From: Nitrosopumilales archaeon
GTDB lineage: Archaea > Thermoproteota > Nitrososphaeria > Nitrososphaerales > Nitrososphaeraceae
Reading direction: 5' to 3'
NCBI GenBank assembly: GCA_044507735.1
Contig: JBIQJB010000011.1
Location: forward strand, 1-64,000
Length of the DNA: 64,000 bases
In this document: positions 19,890 through 28,569 of the stretch, piece by piece
How positions within the stretch are numbered: position 1 is the stretch's first letter
Layout: each line of letters begins with the position of its first letter
Position numbers and translations under genes: made by a program
The notes under the pieces: model-generated
The model's database searches: none
What the model saw: the letters and a program-made list of their open reading frames with translations, nothing else
What the model was told of the DNA's origin: nothing

Positions 19890-22577
19890 ATGGGGACGAG
19901 GCAAAACAAGATGAAATTGCCGAGAATGCAAACAGATTTGACCAAAGTAACCGCCGCATTGTTTGCCGCTGTATTGATGTTGCTTGCAGCGCCCCTGACT
20001 ATGATTCAGAGCACGGGCCAGGCTGCATCAGCAACCACAGGCAGCGGGCAGCAGGGTATTTTGGTTGAAACTACGGAAAGCATCAGCGCATCTATCACGA
20101 CCCCCGCTCAGGACCTATTTGGCGACACGGTGCTGTTGAACCAGATAATAACGTGGCATCCAAACGGGACAACAACACTGACCGACGATCTGGGGAGAAG
20201 CTTTTCTTTTGGAGTCGACACCTCTGACGGCTCGTTCAAGCTTCTCCATGACGGCCCGGTAGTTGTGCAGAGAATCACAGGAAACGGCCTTTCATATGAT
20301 ATCAAATGGACCCCTGTCGTAAACGAAGATGGACTTGTTGAAAAATACAAATTTACAATAGTGGGCCAGAGCGAAAAGGGTCACAAGATAAAGCTGCCAG
20401 TCAAGACAGACATGAAAGGCTTGTCTGAAAGGGGCAACAGGCTGCTCGCTTCAGGCGACCCTAACATTGTAAACGCAACGGGAGGTGATGCTGGCGGGCT
20501 TGGTATTGACTGGTCCGATGCAATTGCAGCAGGATACAAGATGAGATTTGATCGAAATGCACGCGCAATTACAGTCGATGTGGGCAAATCTTTCGATGTA
20601 GACCCGACCACGGTTGACACCCTTTCAACTACTCTATCGCCAGCTACCACCGACTATTTCGAGGGTGAGAAGAGGATGGTCAACGTGGCAGGGACTGTGT
20701 ATGTATTCTATTATGATGGAGCAAATATCGCCTACAAATATTCAACAAATGGAGGACATACTTGGTCATCGAAGCTCAGCTCAACCTCAGGAGCGCTGAA
20801 CGGCGATAGCCACCGGTGGACGGTCGTGAATACCAAAGTTGGCAGCACAGATTACGTAACTCTTCTGTACTTCAAGCTGAACGGCGCAAACACTGATTTC
20901 TATGCAAAGCGCGGGACCACAAGTGGAGGAAGCATAACTTGGAGCGGTGCAACACTTCTGTTCAGCAAGGCAAATAATGCAGGATGTAGCAGCAGCGTAT
21001 GTGCAGCGGCGACGGCTACAACAGACACTAGCGGTGCAGTCTATGCTGCATTTAGATACCTTGCATCAGGACAGTCTAGCTACCAGTACAGTATCCTGAA
21101 ATCCACTGATGGGGGTTTGACATGGACGACCTCCCTTGCCGAGGCAAGCAGCGGATCTTCTACTAGGATATCTATGGCCATGACAAACTTGGCATCAGGA
21201 AGGATTCTGTTCGCTTATGGCAAATATAGCACAAGCGAGCTCACATACAGGACATTCTCAGGTACAACCTGGAGCGCAGAAGCAACCACATCGGGCGCAG
21301 GAATGACTGCCAACACCGTCAAGCAGCTATCTGCAGACAGCGATTCCTCAAATGTCGGCTACATCGCATATCTAGTGAACGCTCCTCCTAGCACAGTCAA
21401 GCTGGCAAAGTGGACCAGTACGGGTAGCTTCTCAGCTTTCGAAACGCCGCCTAGTGGAAGCCTGACGCATTCACTACCCTCTATAAGCATAGCGAGCGAC
21501 AACCACGTTCACATTTACACAATCGCATCAAGCATGATATATGAAACAAGGAAAGTGGCAGGCACTTGGCAAAACCCTATCACAAACTTCGGCACCACGT
21601 TCACATCTCCAAACCAACTGACCGCTGGATTTTCAAGAGCCGCAGCAGTGTGGATTGAAGGGTCAGCGTCGCCTTGGACAATAAGGTACGACCAGCTTAC
21701 ACTGAGCATGGATCCCGGCTTCGGCTGCGGGTACAGAAACTGGGGAGTATCTGACTGGCAAAACAGCAGCCCTCCGTCCCCTGTCTTCGGCAAAGGAACT
21801 GATTGCACAACTGTCCTGAGCACATTAGTGGGAAGAAGCAACTACGTCCAACTTCAAGCAAAGAACGCTGCAGAGGTCACCGAATCTTACGAAACTGCGC
21901 ATCAAGGCTGCTCTCCATGGTATACCTGCGACATTTCGCCGACTCCAACAAACAACCGCCCTGCGTTGTTCTCCAACACCAATTTCCCGGTGAGCACAGA
22001 CCAGACTTGCATCAGCAGTTGCAACCTGCGGGCAGACCTTGAATACAGGCTCCATAACCAGTTCCTGTGGATGGCCGATTCTGTGAGCAAACCGGTAAGC
22101 CCCAACGCACATGGATATGTCTTAACCAACATCTGGTTTGTGGACGTTGCAGCTGGCAAAGTCAATGGCAACTGGAAAAACATCCTTGTAATAGACCTTC
22201 CAAACACTATCGTGAGAAATAACGCAGGCACATGGGTATATGAGAGTCATGCAGTTGGAAGCCAAGATAGTGCACCTTGGTACAACACTACCCCTGACGG
22301 TCGAACTGACTTCCATATAAGCATAGTGATGGGCAGTGGCACGACCAGCGGCACATGGCACGATACAGGAAATGTCCCCTTGTACCAGTACATCAAGACG
22401 GCATTTGACTCGTCATATTCTGGTCCAAATGGCACTCTAATTCCCAAGAACCTACATCCTCAATCTGACTGGAGACTTTTCAACATAGAGGAGGGAGTAT
22501 CTGTACAACCCGGTGACGGCACAGCAGGAAATACATTCAAGGTTGCCTATTCAATGGGTCGGCTATCATATAACTAG
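19890..22577 (+). CDS. Large secreted/surface protein with Asp-box (BNR) repeats
   Basis: Signal-like hydrophobic N-terminus, Ser/Thr/Gly-rich, with YSTNGGHTWS and KSTDGGLTWT Asp-boxes. Confidence 0.75.
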   Translation: MGTRQNKMKLPRMQTDLTKVTAALFAAVLMLLAAPLTMIQSTGQAASATTGSGQQGILVETTESISASITTPAQDLFGDTVLLNQIITWHPNGTTTLTDDLGRSFSFGVDTSDGSFKLLHDGPVVVQRITGNGLSYDIKWTPVVNEDGLVEKYKFTIVGQSEKGHKIKLPVKTDMKGLSERGNRLLASGDPNIVNATGGDAGGLGIDWSDAIAAGYKMRFDRNARAITVDVGKSFDVDPTTVDTLSTTLSPATTDYFEGEKRMVNVAGTVYVFYYDGANIAYKYSTNGGHTWSSKLSSTSGALNGDSHRWTVVNTKVGSTDYVTLLYFKLNGANTDFYAKRGTTSGGSITWSGATLLFSKANNAGCSSSVCAAATATTDTSGAVYAAFRYLASGQSSYQYSILKSTDGGLTWTTSLAEASSGSSTRISMAMTNLASGRILFAYGKYSTSELTYRTFSGTTWSAEATTSGAGMTANTVKQLSADSDSSNVGYIAYLVNAPPSTVKLAKWTSTGSFSAFETPPSGSLTHSLPSISIASDNHVHIYTIASSMIYETRKVAGTWQNPITNFGTTFTSPNQLTAGFSRAAAVWIEGSASPWTIRYDQLTLSMDPGFGCGYRNWGVSDWQNSSPPSPVFGKGTDCTTVLSTLVGRSNYVQLQAKNAAEVTESYETAHQGCSPWYTCDISPTPTNNRPALFSNTNFPVSTDQTCISSCNLRADLEYRLHNQFLWMADSVSKPVSPNAHGYVLTNIWFVDVAAGKVNGNWKNILVIDLPNTIVRNNAGTWVYESHAVGSQDSAPWYNTTPDGRTDFHISIVMGSGTTSGTWHDTGNVPLYQYIKTAFDSSYSGPNGTLIPKNLHPQSDWRLFNIEEGVSVQPGDGTAGNTFKVAYSMGRLSYN

Positions 22578-22672
22578 AGGCGAGATCCAAAACCCTTATT
22601 TTTTCTTCTTCTTTCATAAAAAAAGATTTTATTTGTCGCTCGCACTTTTCAAAATAGTAGCTGAACTAAGAA

Positions 22673-23266
22673 TTGCGTCGCTCCCTGATTGTATCAGTAG
22701 TGGTCGTCCTGGCAGCATCACTAATCTTCGTTGTTGGCTATACAGGGTCCGCAGCGAAGAACCCTAGGACAGGCGCGTGTCCAGTAAAGGATCTGGAAAG
22801 ATTAGATGTGAATTTCAAAATAGGAGTTCCATCGATGTCTGTTTTGCCCCCTGGATACAGTCTACAAGCGGCGATCCAAGAAGATGAGGAAACAGTAAAG
22901 ATGTATTTTTCCGATCACGAACTCTGCCCTTTTCCCAGATTGTTTGAGGGACAGTTGCCACAAAAGACCATTCTGATTTCTGTTTCCCACAGACCGGACA
23001 TTGAAAGCGGTGAAAAATTTTTGCGAGATGCAGTGGCATCCAAGAAAGAGGCAATTCCAGAAATAATGATGTTGGACATCAACGACATTGACGGCTACGG
23101 ATGGGAATCATTTGTGTTTGGGCAGGAAAGCCAGGACACAGACGTGGGGCTCCGACGGTTCCCTAGCACTTTGGAATTTTATAACGAACAAGATAAGACG
23201 GTATATTCAATAACCGGGATAGAGCCCTTGCAAAAACTTGTTGCGATTGCAAAGTCTATTTCGTAA
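22673..23266 (+). CDS. Membrane-anchored hypothetical protein
   Basis: N-terminal TM helix; LPPGYSL...LVAIAKSI pattern of small exported proteins. Confidence 0.65.
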   Translation: MRRSLIVSVVVVLAASLIFVVGYTGSAAKNPRTGACPVKDLERLDVNFKIGVPSMSVLPPGYSLQAAIQEDEETVKMYFSDHELCPFPRLFEGQLPQKTILISVSHRPDIESGEKFLRDAVASKKEAIPEIMMLDINDIDGYGWESFVFGQESQDTDVGLRRFPSTLEFYNEQDKTVYSITGIEPLQKLVAIAKSIS

Positions 23267-23357
23267 TCTTCGCTTATAGATATCCAGTTTATGCTTCCTT
23301 CCATATTATCAGATATTTGTCAGGACTTTAGGTGTTAGTTAGCATTTTCAAATCGTT

Positions 23358-25019
23358 TCATCCTTGCGACTGCATGATCACAAAATACTCGTTCTCGAAT
23401 GCCAGTTTGTAATACTGACCGAGCATACTTTCCCTTTCCTTCCAATAGCTCACTGGCTTGATGGCATCAGAATCAGGAGCTTTTGACATGACTATCCAAT
23501 CAGCGTATACCCAAGGCTCATAGTATGATTTCTTCCATGTGCTTGATTCTATTATTGAATCATAGTTGCGTAACGGTATTCCACTTGCCACCATGACCCT
23601 GTGTTCCTGCGCAGAGCCTGTAATTATCATTATCATCCCATTTCCATCATACAGCTCTGCAAGTCTTTCGCCTGCCTCAACTGCTGCGGGAGCCTGTTTG
23701 TAGAAGAAGCCACTGGCTGCATCGGCGACAGTTACGACAACAGATAGCGCTGCAATTATTAACTGAACTGCAAATAATGTTGCAATTGCTACAGTTGCTA
23801 TCCGTCGACTTCTGAAATTAATGTAAAGTCTAAGGACAAACGCTACCGCCAGCAAGATCAAAATGGGGGCCAACATTATGACAAAACGCGAGTTAAACCA
23901 AAACGTCATTTCCCCTATTCCGACAATCAAGCTCAGTATGGTGAAAAGCGGAGGAACCAGAAGGAATGCATAAATAAGATCTCTTGCACGCCTGTGTCCG
24001 TTCGTTCTTCTATGTATGAAATAGCCGGCGGCCGCTGAAATCATCAAGGCTGGACCATAAGCATAGAACGACGTAGCACCGTAAATAAAAAATGCATTGG
24101 CAGGTTGGAGAAACAAGCTCTCTCTGAACGGCCTATCAAGCGCCTGAGACGCAGCCGAATAATATTGGGCATTGGCAAATTCAAAGGGATCACCGTACAG
24201 CGAGGCGTTATATCCAAGCCAGATTATGATACCGGAGAGCGAGAGAAGTGATAACAAGATAGCCTCTATCTTGTTCCGCAGAGTCATAGAACTTGGGTTG
24301 ACATTGAGTTTTCGGTCTCCGAACTCCTTTGTGGGCTTCACCACCAAAACGGCCATAAGAGGTATGACAAACATAGGCAGAAACCATGCTTCGTATCTGC
24401 TCAATGTAGCAACAGTTATTGAGATTGAACATAGCAAAAGGTACAGTCTGTTGAACTTGCCTGACTGGCGGTATTCGCTATACCATTTTTGGAGATAATA
24501 CGCAGATGCAACAAAGAATAGCATGAACGGCGCTTCAGTCATTGCTGTTATCCCAAGGTAAATTATGCTTGGATTTACTGCGTATAGCAAGGCTCCCGCA
24601 AAAGCAATCATCGAGATGTTGATTCCTCTAGCTTGGGCTGCTTTCTGCCACTGGTTGACGATGATTTTGTACATTAGTGCGGATGTGGTTGCGACGCTTG
24701 GAAGGCTGATTGCTAGGCCTGCAAAGCCGCTTGAAAAGAGCTCGTCGATAAGTGTAAATGGATTTAACAAAAAGTGAGGTAGCGGAAGCCAGACTGTGCC
24801 CATCTGCTGCCATCCGGGATTTTCGCTCCAGTCAACTAGCTTGCGAGCTAGCACCATGTGGGATGCCGCATCGCCATAATATATCAAGAAATGCCTGTCA
24901 ACATTGTATAGATAGAACGCGACAGAAAGCCCGATTGCAAAAACTGAAATCATCAAAATCGCCAGATATTTCCGATGCTTCACCGAAAGGATAGCATCTG
25001 GCTGCAAACGCGTCTTCAT
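23358..25019 (-). CDS. Integral-membrane glycosyltransferase (GT-C, ArnT/PMT-like)
   Basis: YYGDAASH, VWLPLPH, MTEAPF and LSRYEAW motifs with many TM helices. Confidence 0.78.
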   Translation of the reverse strand: MKTRLQPDAILSVKHRKYLAILMISVFAIGLSVAFYLYNVDRHFLIYYGDAASHMVLARKLVDWSENPGWQQMGTVWLPLPHFLLNPFTLIDELFSSGFAGLAISLPSVATTSALMYKIIVNQWQKAAQARGINISMIAFAGALLYAVNPSIIYLGITAMTEAPFMLFFVASAYYLQKWYSEYRQSGKFNRLYLLLCSISITVATLSRYEAWFLPMFVIPLMAVLVVKPTKEFGDRKLNVNPSSMTLRNKIEAILLSLLSLSGIIIWLGYNASLYGDPFEFANAQYYSAASQALDRPFRESLFLQPANAFFIYGATSFYAYGPALMISAAAGYFIHRRTNGHRRARDLIYAFLLVPPLFTILSLIVGIGEMTFWFNSRFVIMLAPILILLAVAFVLRLYINFRSRRIATVAIATLFAVQLIIAALSVVVTVADAASGFFYKQAPAAVEAGERLAELYDGNGMIMIITGSAQEHRVMVASGIPLRNYDSIIESSTWKKSYYEPWVYADWIVMSKAPDSDAIKPVSYWKERESMLGQYYKLAFENEYFVIMQSQG

Positions 25020-25291
25020 CGGTGGTATAGATCAAGATTATGTGTTATATAAATCCGAGAATACTCGTGAGATGAGAAAACATTCAAACTGATTCAGCTT
25101 GACGACTCCAAAGCTAACAGACTAGGTAATTCGAGCTTGGAAAAAGGGTTCAGCAGTTTACTATCTTGGTAAAATCTCACGACAAATCTATGCTTCCTCT
25201 GAATCTATGTTTCGACGTTAATTTGCATTAAATTTTTTGATGATCGATAATATTTCTGAAATTATTGGAATTAAACATTCAAGAAAGCAGG

Positions 25292-25590
25292 CTAAACATA
25301 AAAAACATCAGGCGTCTACACAAGGAATTACAAACTCAAACTCATTGAAAGCAGCAGCGGATCCTCAACTCCTCTTCCAAAACTTTCATTTGATAGTAGA
25401 CTGGTTATGGCTCCATCGATTCTTGACAGAATCCTAAGTGATATTGAGGTTGTATCTAACAAGATAACGATTGAGACACCCGGAAACAGACAACTATTGT
25501 GCACTACAATGGGCGATTCCGGTGAAGCTATTGTTTCATTGGATGACGGAAGTGGAATAGAAAACTTGAATGAAATATCAGTTACCAAAC
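25292..25590 (+). pseudogene. Internal remnant of a second PCNA gene
   Basis: Nucleotide and protein similarity to ~15993-16290 (NYKLKLIES..STPLPKLSFDSRLVMAPSILDRILSDI...NLNEISVTK). Both ends are missing. Confidence 0.85.
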
Positions 25591-25978
25591 TGACAATTTC
25601 ATAAATAAGCTTCCACAAACACCTATCTCCTTCTGAAAATGTGTTGTCAACGCCAAAATAGTGCCTGACCTTTGGATATTCCAACGCGGCAATTTTTATG
25701 GCATCAATCAAGGCAATAGGTCTGCCAACATCCTCGATTTGTTTGATTAAATCATAAACTTGTCCCTGCTCGTCAACCGTGACCAACCTACGACTGTCTT
25801 CCTGGAATGCGGGATCAGCAGCGCACTCAGAACAAGCAGTAACCCATCGTTTCTTTCTACCTCTGCAGTAGAACAATTCTATCGGAAACGTGTTTTGGTT
25901 GTAGCGGCCGCAGTATTCACAAATCTTACTGCGGTAAGCTGCATCCAAGTCCCTAATTAGCATTTTGCGCAAAAACAC
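25590..25978 (-). pseudogene. Zn-finger protein copy B, 3'-truncated and reading through into the antisense of the PCNA remnant
   Basis: Homologous to 16511-16969 up to LIYEIVS. The rest of ORF 25328-25978 is antisense PCNA sequence. Confidence 0.7.
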
Positions 25979-25990
25979 CTCTTCTTGCTG

Positions 25991-27439
25991 CTATGCGACC
26001 TCGTAGTATTTCATTGCTAACCTGAATGCGTCAAAAGTATCATTGTAAGAAGTGGATGCCTTGTCTAGCACTCCATTCTGTTCAATTGCCGTTCTAAGTG
26101 AAGTTATCAATTTGTTAAAGCTAGGATGAATGGCAACAAGGCCCTTTTCTAGGAACACCTTGGTATTGCCAAGCATTTCCTTGTGTTCTGAATTGAATGA
26201 TACTGGCACAACCTTCATCCAGTAGACTGGATCGCTGTAATGTTTTTTGATATACGATATTTCCGCTTCATAATCCGTATCCTCACCCAGCACACGCTTT
26301 AGCCCTGTTATTATTGCCGGATTAGCAGCATCGGTAAAGACCTTATCAACATTGTAGTTCGTTACAAGCTGCCAGGCTTTGTCAATCATCTCGTTAAAGT
26401 CAGGGCGTTCAAATTCGTCTGCGTATAGAACCTCCACCCTCTCATTTCGCATCTGTGTTAGAACAAAAGCAAACTTTGAAGAGCCAAATGCCGGATCAAT
26501 GCCAAGCGACTTTGGAGTCTTGGGGTTGACAACGTCGGGATCGTATTGCCTGCCAAATGCAATTGCCCTTTCGATATCTTTTTGATGAAATACATTGCCG
26601 ATCTTGCCAATGTATTTCAGGTTATATTCCCGGTCAAATGATGGAGAGCCCATCGCCTTTTCAATTTCTTCTTTAGTGTAGATCTTGTTTATTCCGTAGG
26701 TATAGTCAAGATATAAGCGGTGGTAAAGGCATTCTTCGTCTGGCTCTTTTTCTATCTGCTCAAATAATCCTTCTGGAGCATTGGGAGTCGATACCATTAC
26801 AATGTAAGGGTCAGACTTTGCAATGTAGCGTTCGCTCACATCCCTAGCATCCTGCTGCTGTCCCGGAGGGAAAAAGTCCGCCTCATCGAGTAATATGAGG
26901 GCGACGTCTGTCAAACCACGCATGGCATCAAGATGGTGTGAAGGATAGGCTTCGATCTTGACGCCATTTAATTCCCCGACTGTTTCCTTTGTGTTAAATG
27001 GCAATGCCGGAAACAGATTCTTTATCCGTCCGATCAAAGTTATCGCCAGATCGATTCGCGGTCCTGTAACAATGCATATTCTGCTACCCTTCAGATTGTC
27101 GTCTTTCAGGCAAAGCCAAGCAATGTAACGGAGCATAAATTCAGTAATTCCAAGGCCAGTCGCCTTTTTGATCCAAAGATACTTTGACTTGCGCAGCGCC
27201 TGATAGACTTCTTTTTCATAATCAAACAGCGGCAGCTCGCTACCATTCTTCTGTGGCAAGCCAATAATATGGTTAAAGCAACAATTGCCGCCAGTTGCAA
27301 TGTCTGTCACTTTATGCCGCTCGACATTCCAGTACCAGAAAGGCTTGCCCCTTAATCTATCAAAAAACCTTGTTTGCTGTTGTTGCTGTTCCGCCAGCGC
27401 TGATGTTCGAATTCTTTTCTGAAGCTCCTTGAATGTCAT
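25991..27439 (-). CDS. Terminase large subunit (intact, copy B)
   Basis: KKATGLGIT (deviant Walker A), LILLDEA (Walker B), VSTPN (motif III), and LGIDPA plus YNDTFDAFR (RNase H-like nuclease). Confidence 0.85.
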   Translation of the reverse strand: MTFKELQKRIRTSALAEQQQQQTRFFDRLRGKPFWYWNVERHKVTDIATGGNCCFNHIIGLPQKNGSELPLFDYEKEVYQALRKSKYLWIKKATGLGITEFMLRYIAWLCLKDDNLKGSRICIVTGPRIDLAITLIGRIKNLFPALPFNTKETVGELNGVKIEAYPSHHLDAMRGLTDVALILLDEADFFPPGQQQDARDVSERYIAKSDPYIVMVSTPNAPEGLFEQIEKEPDEECLYHRLYLDYTYGINKIYTKEEIEKAMGSPSFDREYNLKYIGKIGNVFHQKDIERAIAFGRQYDPDVVNPKTPKSLGIDPAFGSSKFAFVLTQMRNERVEVLYADEFERPDFNEMIDKAWQLVTNYNVDKVFTDAANPAIITGLKRVLGEDTDYEAEISYIKKHYSDPVYWMKVVPVSFNSEHKEMLGNTKVFLEKGLVAIHPSFNKLITSLRTAIEQNGVLDKASTSYNDTFDAFRLAMKYYEVA

Positions 27440-28067
27440 TCCCTTTTTCTACTCGAGAGGGGCGATGCGGATTATCAGACCCAGAATTAAATGCGCTATT
27501 ATCAGCTTTAGCTCTTACTGTTGTTGTCTGTTGCTGAGAGGTCAGTTTTGTAGTAGCAGCCGCAGCCTCTTCTATGAACCGAATAGCCTCGTCTACAATT
27601 GCACTATTTGTCAGAAGTTCCATTGTAGTTGAAGCACATTCTTTTACAAGCGATAGAGCCTGAATTTTTAGTTTGCCATCAGTCGATTGCTGCGCAACTA
27701 TCCACGCATCCCTTCTTACAGCATTCAAAGCAGTTACGCATTTTTCAAATTCTAGAGGCAATCTTTCCTCTATGAAATGCCGGATGTTATTCCGCGCTTG
27801 TTCTCTTAAGAATGCGAGGTCGCGGCTGACTGTTGATTCATCGACCTGCAATTTGGCGGCTATCTCTTTTTGGCTAAAGCCCTGGCTTGCATATTCTAAC
27901 ACCTTGCTTCGTCTCCACTCGAGCTGCAGTTGCAACCTCCAAGTCAAAAATTGCACCGCCACCTTTTTACAAAATCTTGCCCATGTGGATTCCACCACGA
28001 TCTGTCCGTTATTGTCCGCAAAGTATCCTTCTACAGCCAATTTTACGTCATCCTGAGCTATAACCAT
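27360..28067 (-). CDS. HTH protein, putative terminase small subunit (copy B)
   Basis: EWRRSKVLEYASQGFSQKEIAAKLQVDESTVSRD. Start placed at ATG 28067, downstream of the T-tract; overlaps terL. Confidence 0.65.
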   Translation of the reverse strand: MVIAQDDVKLAVEGYFADNNGQIVVESTWARFCKKVAVQFLTWRLQLQLEWRRSKVLEYASQGFSQKEIAAKLQVDESTVSRDLAFLREQARNNIRHFIEERLPLEFEKCVTALNAVRRDAWIVAQQSTDGKLKIQALSLVKECASTTMELLTNSAIVDEAIRFIEEAAAATTKLTSQQQTTTVRAKADNSAFNSGSDNPHRPSRVEKGNDIQGASEKNSNISAGGTATTANKVF

Positions 28068-28096
28068 TTGCAGCCTGCCATCGTATTCATGTTTGG

Positions 28097-28115
28097 AAAA
28101 AAGAAAAAAGGGGGG
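28097..28115 (-). terminator. Archaeal oligo-T terminator-like tract after the putative SSB gene
   Basis: CCCCCCTTTTTTCTTTTTT on the minus strand just after the stop at 28129. Confidence 0.5.
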
Positions 28116-28128
28116 AGTGTCAGCGCCA

Positions 28129-28476
28129 TCATGCTGGCACGAATGTATAGTTTGTGTCAAGACCGGCTCCGCGCCTGCTTGCCTTGATGTTCGTGTATCC
28201 CGCCTTGAGAAGCGCATTCAGGGCCAGAGCCCACTGTAGCGAGAGTGTCAGCACCTTTTGCTGATTGTCAGGAGTTACGACAGTATATTCCACTGCCTTG
28301 CTTTTTCTCCCGTTAATCTCGCGCTCGATAGGCTTGAACTTTGTCTTGTCGAACTTCAGTTGCACGGTTTGACCCGGCTGAATCTTGAGGAATTTCGACT
28401 GGCTTGCGGCTAGCGCTTCTATCTGTGCAAAGGGATCACTTTCTTGCTGTGACCTTGCTTCTGATGTCGTACTCAT
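28129..28476 (-). CDS. Putative single-stranded DNA-binding (OB-fold-like) protein
   Basis: KFLKIQPGQTVQLKF...IKASRRGAGLDTNYTFVP resembles the FLKL..GE / RxGxGxDTxY pattern of viral SSBs. Purine-rich RBS before ATG 28476; lies directly after the polymerase. Confidence 0.55.
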   Translation of the reverse strand: MSTTSEARSQQESDPFAQIEALAASQSKFLKIQPGQTVQLKFDKTKFKPIEREINGRKSKAVEYTVVTPDNQQKVLTLSLQWALALNALLKAGYTNIKASRRGAGLDTNYTFVPA

Positions 28477-28569
28477 TTCCTTTCTCCTCTTTTGTATCTT
28501 GGTTGGCAGCTGTTTGTCAGTCACCAGCCCCGCGACGAGGACGCCGCTGCCATACAGGGCCACTAGTGG

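Noticed and set aside
25328-25978. 216-aa ORF as a genuine longer Zn-finger protein
   Set aside because: Its C-terminal part is antisense read-through of the PCNA remnant created by a deletion.
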